Source of the DNA: Arenimonas sp.
GTDB lineage: Bacteria; Pseudomonadota; Gammaproteobacteria; Xanthomonadales; Xanthomonadaceae
DNA length: 64,000 bases
Reading direction: 5' to 3'
NCBI RefSeq assembly: GCF_044348765.1
Contig: NZ_JBIKSE010000004.1
Span: forward strand, 2,981-66,980
The first letter of the stretch is position 1, and each line of letters starts with the position of its first letter. A model generated the notes under the pieces. It did not search any database. It was not told the DNA's origin and worked only from the letters and a program-made list of their open reading frames with translations. A program made the translations under genes and the position numbers. Shown piece by piece: positions 10,888 to 18,687 of this stretch.

Positions 10888-11996
10888 TGCGCTGCCTTGG
10901 CGGCACCGCCCATCGGCACCGGCCGGTTGTCGGCATCGACCGCGCGCACGCTTTCACCGTCGCGCAGCAGATGCACGCCGGCCTGCACAATCCACTCGTT
11001 CTGCGCCAGTCCCGCTGTGATCTCAGCGCTGCGGGCACCGTAGCGACGCACGCTGACGCCGCGTTTCTGCAGACGTTGGTCACGCCCGACGACCCACACC
11101 GCTGGCTTGCCATTGCTTTCAGTCAAGGCCGACAAGGGCACCGAGAGGCCCTGATTACCGCGTTCCGCCATGTACACCCGTGCGCTCTGGCCGAGCTGGG
11201 TCACCGCTGCGGCATCATCGAGTGCTACCCGCACAGCATAGGTACGGGTCAAGGCATCGGCGGCGGCGCCGATTTCACGGATTTTGCCGTCGTACACGGT
11301 GCCTTCCTGTGTCCACAACTCGACTTTCACCGGCTGCCCTGCACGCAGATTCGGCAAATGCTGTTCGGCCACGGTGATGGCGACGTCGCGGGCGCCGTCG
11401 GCGGCGAACGTGAACACCGGCTGGCCGGCGGAAACCACCTGCCCGGCTTCGGCCAGACGCTGGCTGATGACACCGCTGACCGGTGCACGGATCACGGCAT
11501 AGCCGGTCTGGTTGCTGTTGACCTTGGATTGTGCGACCGCCTGTTGGTAACGCGACTGCGCCGCCTGGGCCTGGGCTTTCTTGCTGTCGAAAAGGGATTG
11601 CGACACCAGCTGCTTGCCGACCAGTTCGCGGTAGCGGGCCAACTCGGCCGCCGCCAGATCCCGGTCAGCGCGCAGGGCCTGCACCGAGGCCTCGGCGGCC
11701 TCGCTTTGCAGCGCAAGGTCACTGTCATCCAAACGCGCCAGAATCTGACCGGCCTGCACACGGACGCCGGCATCCACATAACGGGTGGCGATTTTACCGG
11801 CCACGCGGAACGACAGATTGACTTCCTCGCGGGCACGGACTTCGCCGGCAAAGATCTGGGATGCCGTGCCGCTCGGTTGCGCCTGGGTCACCAGCACCAA
11901 GCGCCTGGAATCGGGCTCCGGGCCGCGGGAACAGGCGCTCAGGGTCAGCAACAGGGCGGTGGCAAAGCCAAAACGGCGAAAGGATTGGTGGCGCAT
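10884..11996 (-). CDS. RND periplasmic adaptor (membrane fusion lipoprotein)
   Basis: Lipobox LSAC, FRVAGKI lipoyl motif, IRAPVSGVI; 4-nt overlap with the permease start. Confidence 0.92.
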   Translation of the reverse strand: MRHQSFRRFGFATALLLTLSACSRGPEPDSRRLVLVTQAQPSGTASQIFAGEVRAREEVNLSFRVAGKIATRYVDAGVRVQAGQILARLDDSDLALQSEAAEASVQALRADRDLAAAELARYRELVGKQLVSQSLFDSKKAQAQAAQSRYQQAVAQSKVNSNQTGYAVIRAPVSGVISQRLAEAGQVVSAGQPVFTFAADGARDVAITVAEQHLPNLRAGQPVKVELWTQEGTVYDGKIREIGAAADALTRTYAVRVALDDAAAVTQLGQSARVYMAERGNQGLSVPLSALTESNGKPAVWVVGRDQRLQKRGVSVRRYGARSAEITAGLAQNEWIVQAGVHLLRDGESVRAVDADNRPVPMGGAAKAAQ

Positions 11997-12010
11997 GGTG
12001 CTGTCCGAAT

Positions 12011-12060
12011 TATTGTACTAATTGGTATACTATCATTATATTGTACTAATTGGTACACTA
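12011..12060. promoter_or_regulatory. Two tandem palindromic operators between the adaptor gene and tetR
   Basis: TATTGTACTAATTGGTATACTA (12011-12032) and TATTGTACTAATTGGTACACTA (12039-12060): 22-bp repeat with 1 mismatch, each with a TGTAC.AATT.GTA(C/T)A dyad. Confidence 0.8.
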
Positions 12061-12065
12061 ATGTG

Positions 12066-12704
12066 ATGAATCTGCGAAATCCCCAAAAACTCGGCCGGCC
12101 GAAAAATCCGGAAAAACACCAAGCCATTTTGCAGGCGGCAGCCGAACTGTTTCCGGCCAAAGGCTTTTCCGGCGTCAGCATGATGGAAATCGCCGAAAAA
12201 GCGAATGTTTCGAAACTGACTCTGTACAGCCATTTCGTCGACAAGGAAGATCTTTACACGCAATCGGTAATCGACTGCTGCGAGCAGCAACTTCCGGCCA
12301 GCAGCTTCAAGCCCGCGCCCGGCCTCGATCTGGAGCAGGCCCTGCGCGCCATCGGCAATGGCTTCCTTGACCTGATCATGGACGAAAAGGCACTGACGCT
12401 GCACCGGATGATCATCCAGCAATCGGGCGCCGATGGCGACCACGCCGGTCTGTTTTTCAACGCCGGCCCGGCACGCATGCTCTCCGAAATGCGCAGCTTC
12501 CTTGAACAGGCCTCACGCAGCGGCGCATTGCTGATTGCGGAACCACGTCTGGCCGCCGAACATTTTTTCTGTCTGCTCAAGGGTCTGGTCTACATGCGGG
12601 TGATGATGGGGCTTTGTCCGCCGCCAGCCAAAGCCGAACGCGAAAAACACGTACGGGAAGTCGTTTCCCTGTTCCTGCGCGCCTATCGCCCGCTGACGGC
12701 CTGA
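12066..12704 (+). CDS. TetR/AcrR family transcriptional regulator, divergent from the RND pump
   Basis: GRPKNPEKHQAILQAAAELF..KGFSGVSMMEIAEKANVSKLTLYSHF HTH; corresponds only to the last ~212 aa of the 605-aa ORF call. Confidence 0.92.
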   Translation: MNLRNPQKLGRPKNPEKHQAILQAAAELFPAKGFSGVSMMEIAEKANVSKLTLYSHFVDKEDLYTQSVIDCCEQQLPASSFKPAPGLDLEQALRAIGNGFLDLIMDEKALTLHRMIIQQSGADGDHAGLFFNAGPARMLSEMRSFLEQASRSGALLIAEPRLAAEHFFCLLKGLVYMRVMMGLCPPPAKAEREKHVREVVSLFLRAYRPLTA

Positions 12705-12810
12705 CAAGATGACTTTTGGCACGTTTTCAACCCGGCGCGAACGGGGATAATCACTTTCTGCACACAGGCAAAAGCCTTACAATAGGCGCTCTTGCCGGAG
12801 AATGAACGTA

Positions 12811-13464
12811 ATGACGATGAATGTTGAACATGCCCGCCACGCCATGATCGAACAACAGGTCCGCCCCTGGGACATCGTCGATCTGCAAGTGCTGGCCGCG
12901 ATGTCGGCGGTTCCGCGCGAGAACTTCGTGCCGGCGGCCTACCGTGACCTCGCCTTTGCAGACACCGAGCTGCCGATTGGCTATGGCGAAACGATGTTCA
13001 AGCCGGTGCTGGAAGGCCGCATGCTGCAGGGCCTGAAGCTGCAGCCGAATGACGAAGTGCTGGAGATCGGCACCGGCACCGGTTACATCACCGCCTGTCT
13101 AGCCAGCCTGTGCCGCTCACTGGTCAGCGTCGATCTGCATGCCGATTTCATTGCCGATGCCAAAAACCGATTGGCCGCACTTGATCTGAACAATGTCCGT
13201 TACGAACAGGCCGATGCATTGGCCTTCAATCCGGATCAGCAGTTCGATGCCATCGCGGTCACCGGCGCCGTCACCGATGTGCCGCAGGTGTTTCTGGACT
13301 GGCTACGTCCCGGCGGCCGCCTGTTCATCATCCACGGCCAGTCACCGGCACAGGAAGCGGTATGCCTGACCCGCAGCGCACAGGGCTTCGATACCGAAAG
13401 CCTGTTCGAAACCGATATCCCCTACCTCGTCGGCGCACAGCCGATCGACCGCTTTTCCCTTTGA
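12811..13464 (+). CDS. pcm: Protein-L-isoaspartate O-methyltransferase family protein
   Basis: ARHAMIEQQVRPW, VPRENFVP, VLEIGTGTGY SAM motif, FDAIAVTG, L.PGGRLF. Start chosen by spacing from GGAG (12797-12800). Confidence 0.88.
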   Translation: MTMNVEHARHAMIEQQVRPWDIVDLQVLAAMSAVPRENFVPAAYRDLAFADTELPIGYGETMFKPVLEGRMLQGLKLQPNDEVLEIGTGTGYITACLASLCRSLVSVDLHADFIADAKNRLAALDLNNVRYEQADALAFNPDQQFDAIAVTGAVTDVPQVFLDWLRPGGRLFIIHGQSPAQEAVCLTRSAQGFDTESLFETDIPYLVGAQPIDRFSL

Positions 13465-13478
13465 TCAAGGAATTCCAC

Positions 13479-14834
13479 ATGCGTTTCAAAGCGACCCCCC
13501 TGGCCTTGGCCACCGCGCTGGCACTGAGTTGTTCGCCGGCTTTCGCTGTTGACCTGGTCCAATCCTACACCCAGGCCCGTCAAGGCGACCCGACACTGGC
13601 CATCAGCGAATCGCAGAATGCCATCTCGAAAGAAGGTGTAGTGCAGTCGCGCTCGAATCTGCTGCCGCAGATCAACGGCCGCGTGGGCCTGAACAAAAGC
13701 GATACCGACGGTACGCTGAACAACAACAGCACCTTCAGCAGCTCGAGCACCCAGCAGCAGAACAGCGCCAGCCTGAGCCAGAGCATTTACAACTACGGCA
13801 ACTACGCCCGACTTTCAGGCAGCAAGGCGCGCGCGCTGCAATCGGATTCGGAACTGGATTCGGCCAACGATAGCCTGATCATCCGTGTTTCTGAAGCCTA
13901 CTTCAATGTGCTCACCGCCATCGACAGCCTGGCCGCATCGCGTGCCGAAGAACGTGCGGTGAAACGCCAGCTGGATCAGGCCGAAAAACGTCTGGAAGTC
14001 GGCCTGGCACCGATCACCGATGTGCACGAAGCCCGTGCCCGTTACGATTCTTCGCGCGCCAACACGATTCTGGCCGGCAATGTGCTGATCGATGCGCGCG
14101 AAGCCCTGCTTGAAATCACCGGTCCGCTGCCGGAATCACGCATCAAGGGCCTGCCCAACGATTTCCAGCCGGTCGGCGAGTCCCGCAAAGCCACGGAAGA
14201 GCTGGTCAACGATGCGCTGATTAACAATCCCAATGTGATTGCGCGCGAAAACGCTCTGAAAGCTGCGGAAGACGATGTGCGCCTGGCGCGCTCGGGCCAC
14301 CTGCCCTATCTCGATGCCAATGCCAGCTGGAGTGACAACACTCTGAAAGACGGCGATACCGGTCCGTTCTCGGCCAAGGATTCGACCTCGACCGGCGTCA
14401 ACCTGTCGCTGGTGGTGCCGATTTTTACCGGCGGCGCCACCCAATCGCGGGTACGCCAGACCGTATCCAGCCGCGACATCGCGGCTGAGCAGCTGGAGCA
14501 GACCAAACGCCAAATCGCCCGCCAAGTCCGCAATGCCGACCGCAATTTGGAATCCGGCCTAGCCGAAGTGGAAGCCCGCCGACTGGCTGTGGTGTCTGCG
14601 AAATCGGCGCTGGAGGCCGGGGAAGTGGGTCTTGAAGTCGGAACGCGCACCATCGTCGACGTGTTGTTGGCACAGCAACAGCTGTTCACCGCCGCCCGCG
14701 AATATTCCCGTGCGCGCCACAACTATCTGGTCAACACCCTGCGCCTGAAGCAGGCCGCCGGCACGCTGGAAGTCGCGGATGTGGAAGCGGTCAACCGCTT
14801 CCTGACCGAAGACGCTGAAGCCAAACTGCAGTAA
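13479..14834 (+). CDS. tolC: TolC family outer membrane channel
   Basis: Signal peptide, SRSNLLPQI, RVSEAYFNVL, ARSGHLPYLD, GLEVGTRTIVDVLLAQQ; AAGGA RBS. Confidence 0.92.
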   Translation: MRFKATPLALATALALSCSPAFAVDLVQSYTQARQGDPTLAISESQNAISKEGVVQSRSNLLPQINGRVGLNKSDTDGTLNNNSTFSSSSTQQQNSASLSQSIYNYGNYARLSGSKARALQSDSELDSANDSLIIRVSEAYFNVLTAIDSLAASRAEERAVKRQLDQAEKRLEVGLAPITDVHEARARYDSSRANTILAGNVLIDAREALLEITGPLPESRIKGLPNDFQPVGESRKATEELVNDALINNPNVIARENALKAAEDDVRLARSGHLPYLDANASWSDNTLKDGDTGPFSAKDSTSTGVNLSLVVPIFTGGATQSRVRQTVSSRDIAAEQLEQTKRQIARQVRNADRNLESGLAEVEARRLAVVSAKSALEAGEVGLEVGTRTIVDVLLAQQQLFTAAREYSRARHNYLVNTLRLKQAAGTLEVADVEAVNRFLTEDAEAKLQ

Positions 14835-14844
14835 TACCGGCCGA

Positions 14845-16137
14845 TCAGTCCGGATCACCAAGGCACAGGGCGACCCGTGCCTTTGTTTTTTCTAAAGCAC
14901 CGCGGTTTCGGGCGACACAGGCCATATTCTGCGCCGCCATGGCATATCGACGGGACTCATCCGCCAGAAGACCCAACACGGCATCCTTCAACGCACTGGC
15001 ATCCGCGACTTCGAGCAGCCCCCCGGCATCCTTCAACGCAAGGATGCTATCGGCGAAATGGGCGGTATGCGGACCGACCAGAACCGGAACGCCGGCGGCT
15101 GCCGGCTCCAGCACGTTATGGCCGCCAATGGCCTGCAAACTGCCTCCGACGAAAACTAGATCCATGCCCGGCATGAACGCCCGCAGTTCGCCGAGGGTAT
15201 CGATCAGGAAAATCTGCGCCGCCGTCGATGGGTGCGCCTGACGGCTCCGGCGCTGCACCCGGAAGCCCTGCGCCTGGGCTGCCGTTACCGCCACGGCAAA
15301 ACGCTCCGGGTGCCGGGGGGCCAACAGCAGCAATGCGGTCGGCCAGCGAGCCAACACCGCACGATGTGTGGCAAGTACCGCCGCCATCTCCTCAGGGTGC
15401 GTACTCGCTGCCATCCAGACCGGCGATTGCGGCCAGGAAGCCCGTCGCTGGAGCCCGGCTTCCCGTGTCGCGGCATCCGGCGTCAGATCCCATTTCAGAT
15501 TGCCAGTAACCGCGACCGCCTCCGCGCGCGCTCCGGCCGCAACATAACGCGCGGCATCGGCAGGACTCTGGCAGAGGATAGCCTCCGGCAAGATCAAAGC
15601 GGTACGGAACAGATCGCCGAATCGCCGGTAACGCCGCAGCGAGCGTTCGGACATGCGGGCATTGACCATCGTCAATGGGATGCCGGCCCGGTGTATCTCT
15701 CGGAACAGATTCGGCCAGATTTCGGTTTCCACGATGAGGGCGGCGCGCGGCTGGAAATGCTTGAGGAACCGGCGCGCCAGACAGGTCAGATCGATGGGCA
15801 GATACACCACGATGCTGTTCATCAATCCAAGCGCCTGCGCTGCTTGACGACCGGCTGGGGTCTGGCAGGTAATCAACAACGGTAGTTTCGGGGAATCTAC
15901 ACGCAAGGCCAGCAACAAAGGTTTCAAGGCATGCACTTCGCCCATGGAAGCGGCATGGCACCACAGGGGTGCACTCGCTGCAGCCGGATAGCGGGCGAAA
16001 CGCTCGAACAGATTTCGCCGATAGGCCGGCTGCGCCAGACTACGGAAAAGCAGCAACCCGATTACGGCCGGTAACGCCAACAACCATAAGGCGGCGTATA
16101 TCAGGCGTGGGAGGATGGGATAAGATACAGAAGCCAT
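14845..16137 (-). CDS. waaA: 3-deoxy-D-manno-octulosonic acid (Kdo) transferase
   Basis: LWCHAASMGEV, VYLPIDL, VETEIWPNL, VNARMSERS, TGNLKWD, AASTH, PRHPERF, DTLGEL, FVGGSL...GGHNVLEPAA. Start uncertain (16137 or 16149). Confidence 0.92.
   Translation of the reverse strand: MASVSYPILPRLIYAALWLLALPAVIGLLLFRSLAQPAYRRNLFERFARYPAAASAPLWCHAASMGEVHALKPLLLALRVDSPKLPLLITCQTPAGRQAAQALGLMNSIVVYLPIDLTCLARRFLKHFQPRAALIVETEIWPNLFREIHRAGIPLTMVNARMSERSLRRYRRFGDLFRTALILPEAILCQSPADAARYVAAGARAEAVAVTGNLKWDLTPDAATREAGLQRRASWPQSPVWMAASTHPEEMAAVLATHRAVLARWPTALLLLAPRHPERFAVAVTAAQAQGFRVQRRSRQAHPSTAAQIFLIDTLGELRAFMPGMDLVFVGGSLQAIGGHNVLEPAAAGVPVLVGPHTAHFADSILALKDAGGLLEVADASALKDAVLGLLADESRRYAMAAQNMACVARNRGALEKTKARVALCLGDPD
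14860..14892 (+). terminator. Probable intrinsic terminator after tolC, lying inside the 3' end of the waaA CDS
   Basis: AAGGCAC..GGGCGACCC.GTGCCTT hairpin followed by TGTTTTTT. Confidence 0.6.
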
Positions 16138-16166
16138 TTGGTTAAGCATAACCCAGGACACCCCGC

Positions 16167-17069
16167 GTGCCGCAGCCCTCCCTTCGCCCCGCCCTGCTCC
16201 CGCACCTGCCATCCTGGATCGGCATCGGCTGCGGATGGCTGATTGCGCACCTGCCATGGGCCTGCTACCGGCCTCTGGCCTGGCTGTTGGCGCGCCTGAT
16301 GCGTCTGCTGATGCGGGAACGCGGCCATATCGCACGCACCAATATCCGTTTATGTTTTCCCGAATGGGATGAAGCGGCGCAGGAAAACCTTTGGCGTGAC
16401 AGTTTCGATTCCATGGCTTTTTCGCTATTCGAATTCGCGCGCGGATGGTGGGGCAATCTGCGTCCGGCGGATACGCTGACGCCGGTCAGCGGCCTTGACC
16501 GCCTCAAGCAAGCCCAGGCCTGCGGCAAGGGCGTGCTGTTGGTTTCCGCGCATCTGATGACCTTGGAGTATTGTGTCAAGATCCTTGCCGGTCATGTGGC
16601 CATCGGCGGCATGTACCGCCCTTTCGATTCCGCAGCCTTCGAGTGGAGCGTACGCCAAGGGCGCCGCGCCTACACCGACAGTATGTATACGCGCGAAGAG
16701 CTGCGCGCTGTGCTGCGCCACCTTAAAGCGGGTGGCATTCTTTGGTTTGCGCCCGACCAGGAAACCCGGCGCGGCGATAGCATGTTCGTGCCGTTTTTCG
16801 GTAACCCGGCCTGGAGCCTGACCTCGACCCATCAGCTGGCGAAACTCAGCGGCGCCGCCGTGATGCCGTTTTTCCACCGGCGTAAAACCGACGGCGGCTA
16901 TGAGCTGGAGATCGGCGAAATTCTGGAGGATTTTCCGGGCGATGATCCGGCTACCGATACCACGCGCATCATGGCGCTATTCGAAGCGATGATCCGTCGC
17001 TGTCCGGAACAGTATCTCTGGTTGCATGCCCGTTTCAAGCGCCAGCCCGGCGGGAAAAGTCCTTACTGA
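16167..17069 (+). CDS. lpxL: Kdo2-lipid IVA acyltransferase (LpxL/LpxP family)
   Basis: IARTNIRLCFPE, HxxxxE (AHLMTLE), LWFAPDQ, VPFFG, PEQYLWLHARFK; GTG start. Confidence 0.88.
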   Translation: MPQPSLRPALLPHLPSWIGIGCGWLIAHLPWACYRPLAWLLARLMRLLMRERGHIARTNIRLCFPEWDEAAQENLWRDSFDSMAFSLFEFARGWWGNLRPADTLTPVSGLDRLKQAQACGKGVLLVSAHLMTLEYCVKILAGHVAIGGMYRPFDSAAFEWSVRQGRRAYTDSMYTREELRAVLRHLKAGGILWFAPDQETRRGDSMFVPFFGNPAWSLTSTHQLAKLSGAAVMPFFHRRKTDGGYELEIGEILEDFPGDDPATDTTRIMALFEAMIRRCPEQYLWLHARFKRQPGGKSPY

Positions 17070-17070
17070 A

Positions 17071-17259
17071 TCAGTCGATCAGACGGTATGCCGCGCCGCA
17101 GTAGGGGCACTTGGCGGTGCCGTTGGCTTCGATGGGAATCACTACTTTCGGATGCTGGTTCCACAACGCCATGTCCGGAGTCGGGCAGGTCAGGGGTAGA
17201 TGCGCACGCGACACTTCAATGAGGGTATCTTTCGGCGTATTGGCGGCGTTGGCGGTCAT
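17071..17259 (-). CDS. Small zinc-finger (zf-CHCC type) protein
   Basis: 62 aa with C..(x)..HP.V...CPYCG; GGAG upstream. Confidence 0.85.
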   Translation of the reverse strand: MTANAANTPKDTLIEVSRAHLPLTCPTPDMALWNQHPKVVIPIEANGTAKCPYCGAAYRLID

Positions 17260-17310
17260 ACCTGGACTCCTGGATGGACAACCAGTTTACCCGTTCAGGC
17301 GGCAATCGGC

Positions 17311-17336
17311 AAAACAAAACCCGCCGCAGCGGGTTC
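17311..17336 (-). terminator. Intrinsic terminator after the YceI gene
   Basis: Minus strand AACCCGC-TGCG-GCGGGTT then TTGTTTT, preceded by a second hairpin GTCGCTT/AAGCGAC. Confidence 0.7.
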
Positions 17337-17362
17337 TGTCGCTTGCCGGAAGCGACGGGACC

Positions 17363-17932
17363 TTACTTGGCCGCAGTAGCTTCCAGCGTGATACTGATAC
17401 GGACTTCGTCGCTGACCGCCGGAACATAGGCACCCACACCGAAATCGGAACGCTTGATTATGGTGGTGGCATCGAAACCGGCAGCAGGAATCTTCTTCAT
17501 CGGATGGTTGCCGATGCCGTTGATCTTGACGGTCAGTATGGCCGGCTTAGTGACGCCGTGAATGGTCAGGTCACCGCTGACATGCAGTTCCTTGGCGCTA
17601 GCGACATGTACCGATTTGCTCTTGAAGCTAGCGGTCGGGTATTTCGCAATGTCGAAGAAGTCTGATCCCTGCAAGTGCTGATCGAGCTTGGCCACGCCGG
17701 TCGAGATCGAAGCGATTGGAATTTCGACGGAGATTTTTGACTTGGACAAATCGGCGGTATCCAGATCGAATTCACCGCTAATCTGGTCGAAACGGCCGGT
17801 GATGTTGGAGAAGCCAAAATGGCTGTAGGTGAACTGGACCTGGGTATGACCGGGGTCGATGTCGTATTTGGCGGCATCGGCGGCACCCGAAAGAGTGAAA
17901 GCGGCGAGAGCGATTAGTACGTAATTTTTCAT
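17363..17932 (-). CDS. YceI family lipid/polyisoprenoid-binding periplasmic protein
   Basis: Signal peptide, YDIDPGHTQVQF...HFGFS, DFFD..KYPTASFKS, GDLTIHGVTKP, IKRSDFG; AAGGAG RBS. Confidence 0.92.
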   Translation of the reverse strand: MKNYVLIALAAFTLSGAADAAKYDIDPGHTQVQFTYSHFGFSNITGRFDQISGEFDLDTADLSKSKISVEIPIASISTGVAKLDQHLQGSDFFDIAKYPTASFKSKSVHVASAKELHVSGDLTIHGVTKPAILTVKINGIGNHPMKKIPAAGFDATTIIKRSDFGVGAYVPAVSDEVRISITLEATAAK

Positions 17933-17972
17933 GGGTTCTCCTTGCATGGTAAGCGATTGAAGTTTTGTAGAA

Positions 17973-18563
17973 TCACAGAATACGGCAGGCTTCACTGAAT
18001 TCAAGGCGCGGCGAACGCGGAAACAGCTGGGTCGCATCACCGTAGCCGAGGTTAATCAGAAAGTTGGATTTCCAAGAAGTGCCGGCGAAGAACGCGTCAT
18101 CGACCATGGCATTGTTGAAACCGGACATCGGACCGCAGTCCAGACCCATGGCACGAGCCGCAAGGATGAAATAACCGCCCTGCAGGTTGCCATTGCGCAC
18201 TGCGGTGCTTTCGATTTTGGCCGGACTTCCAGCGAACCAGCTACGTGCATCCGTGTGCGGAAACAGTTTGGGAAGCTGCTCGTAGAATTCGAAATCGGTG
18301 GCAACGATGACATTGACCGGGGCCTGCAAGGTCTTGGCACGATTGCCTGCATCGAGTGTCGGCGCCAGCTTGGCCTTGGCCTCGGCCGACTTCACAAATA
18401 CAAAACGGACCGGGCAGCTGTTGGCGGCGGTCGGGGCCCATTTGACCTGATCATAGATGGCCTGCAAGAGCGCGTCCGGTACCGGCGTATCGAGCCAGAC
18501 ATTGTGCGTGCGGGCATTTCCGAACAGCTGACCAAGCATGGTTTCATTCAAAGCAGTATTCAT
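17973..18563 (-). CDS. rutE: Malonic semialdehyde reductase, RutE-like nitroreductase
   Basis: [62 protein letters not shown]...FPRSPRL.F. Confidence 0.85.
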   Translation of the reverse strand: MNTALNETMLGQLFGNARTHNVWLDTPVPDALLQAIYDQVKWAPTAANSCPVRFVFVKSAEAKAKLAPTLDAGNRAKTLQAPVNVIVATDFEFYEQLPKLFPHTDARSWFAGSPAKIESTAVRNGNLQGGYFILAARAMGLDCGPMSGFNNAMVDDAFFAGTSWKSNFLINLGYGDATQLFPRSPRLEFSEACRIL

Positions 18564-18687
18564 GACTTCTCCAATAATCAATATCGGCAATCCGGCGCAC
18601 CGGATTCCGAGAATGGATGTTCATGGTACGGGAAATGCACCAAGCGCGGTAAGCGCAACAAATCAAAAGATTGTTCCGATTATGGGA

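Noticed and set aside
10887-12065. 605-aa ORF appearing to fuse a long N-terminal region to the TetR domain
   Set aside because: The first ~390 codons are the antisense shadow of the RND adaptor gene and run through the operator region; only 12066-12704 looks like protein.
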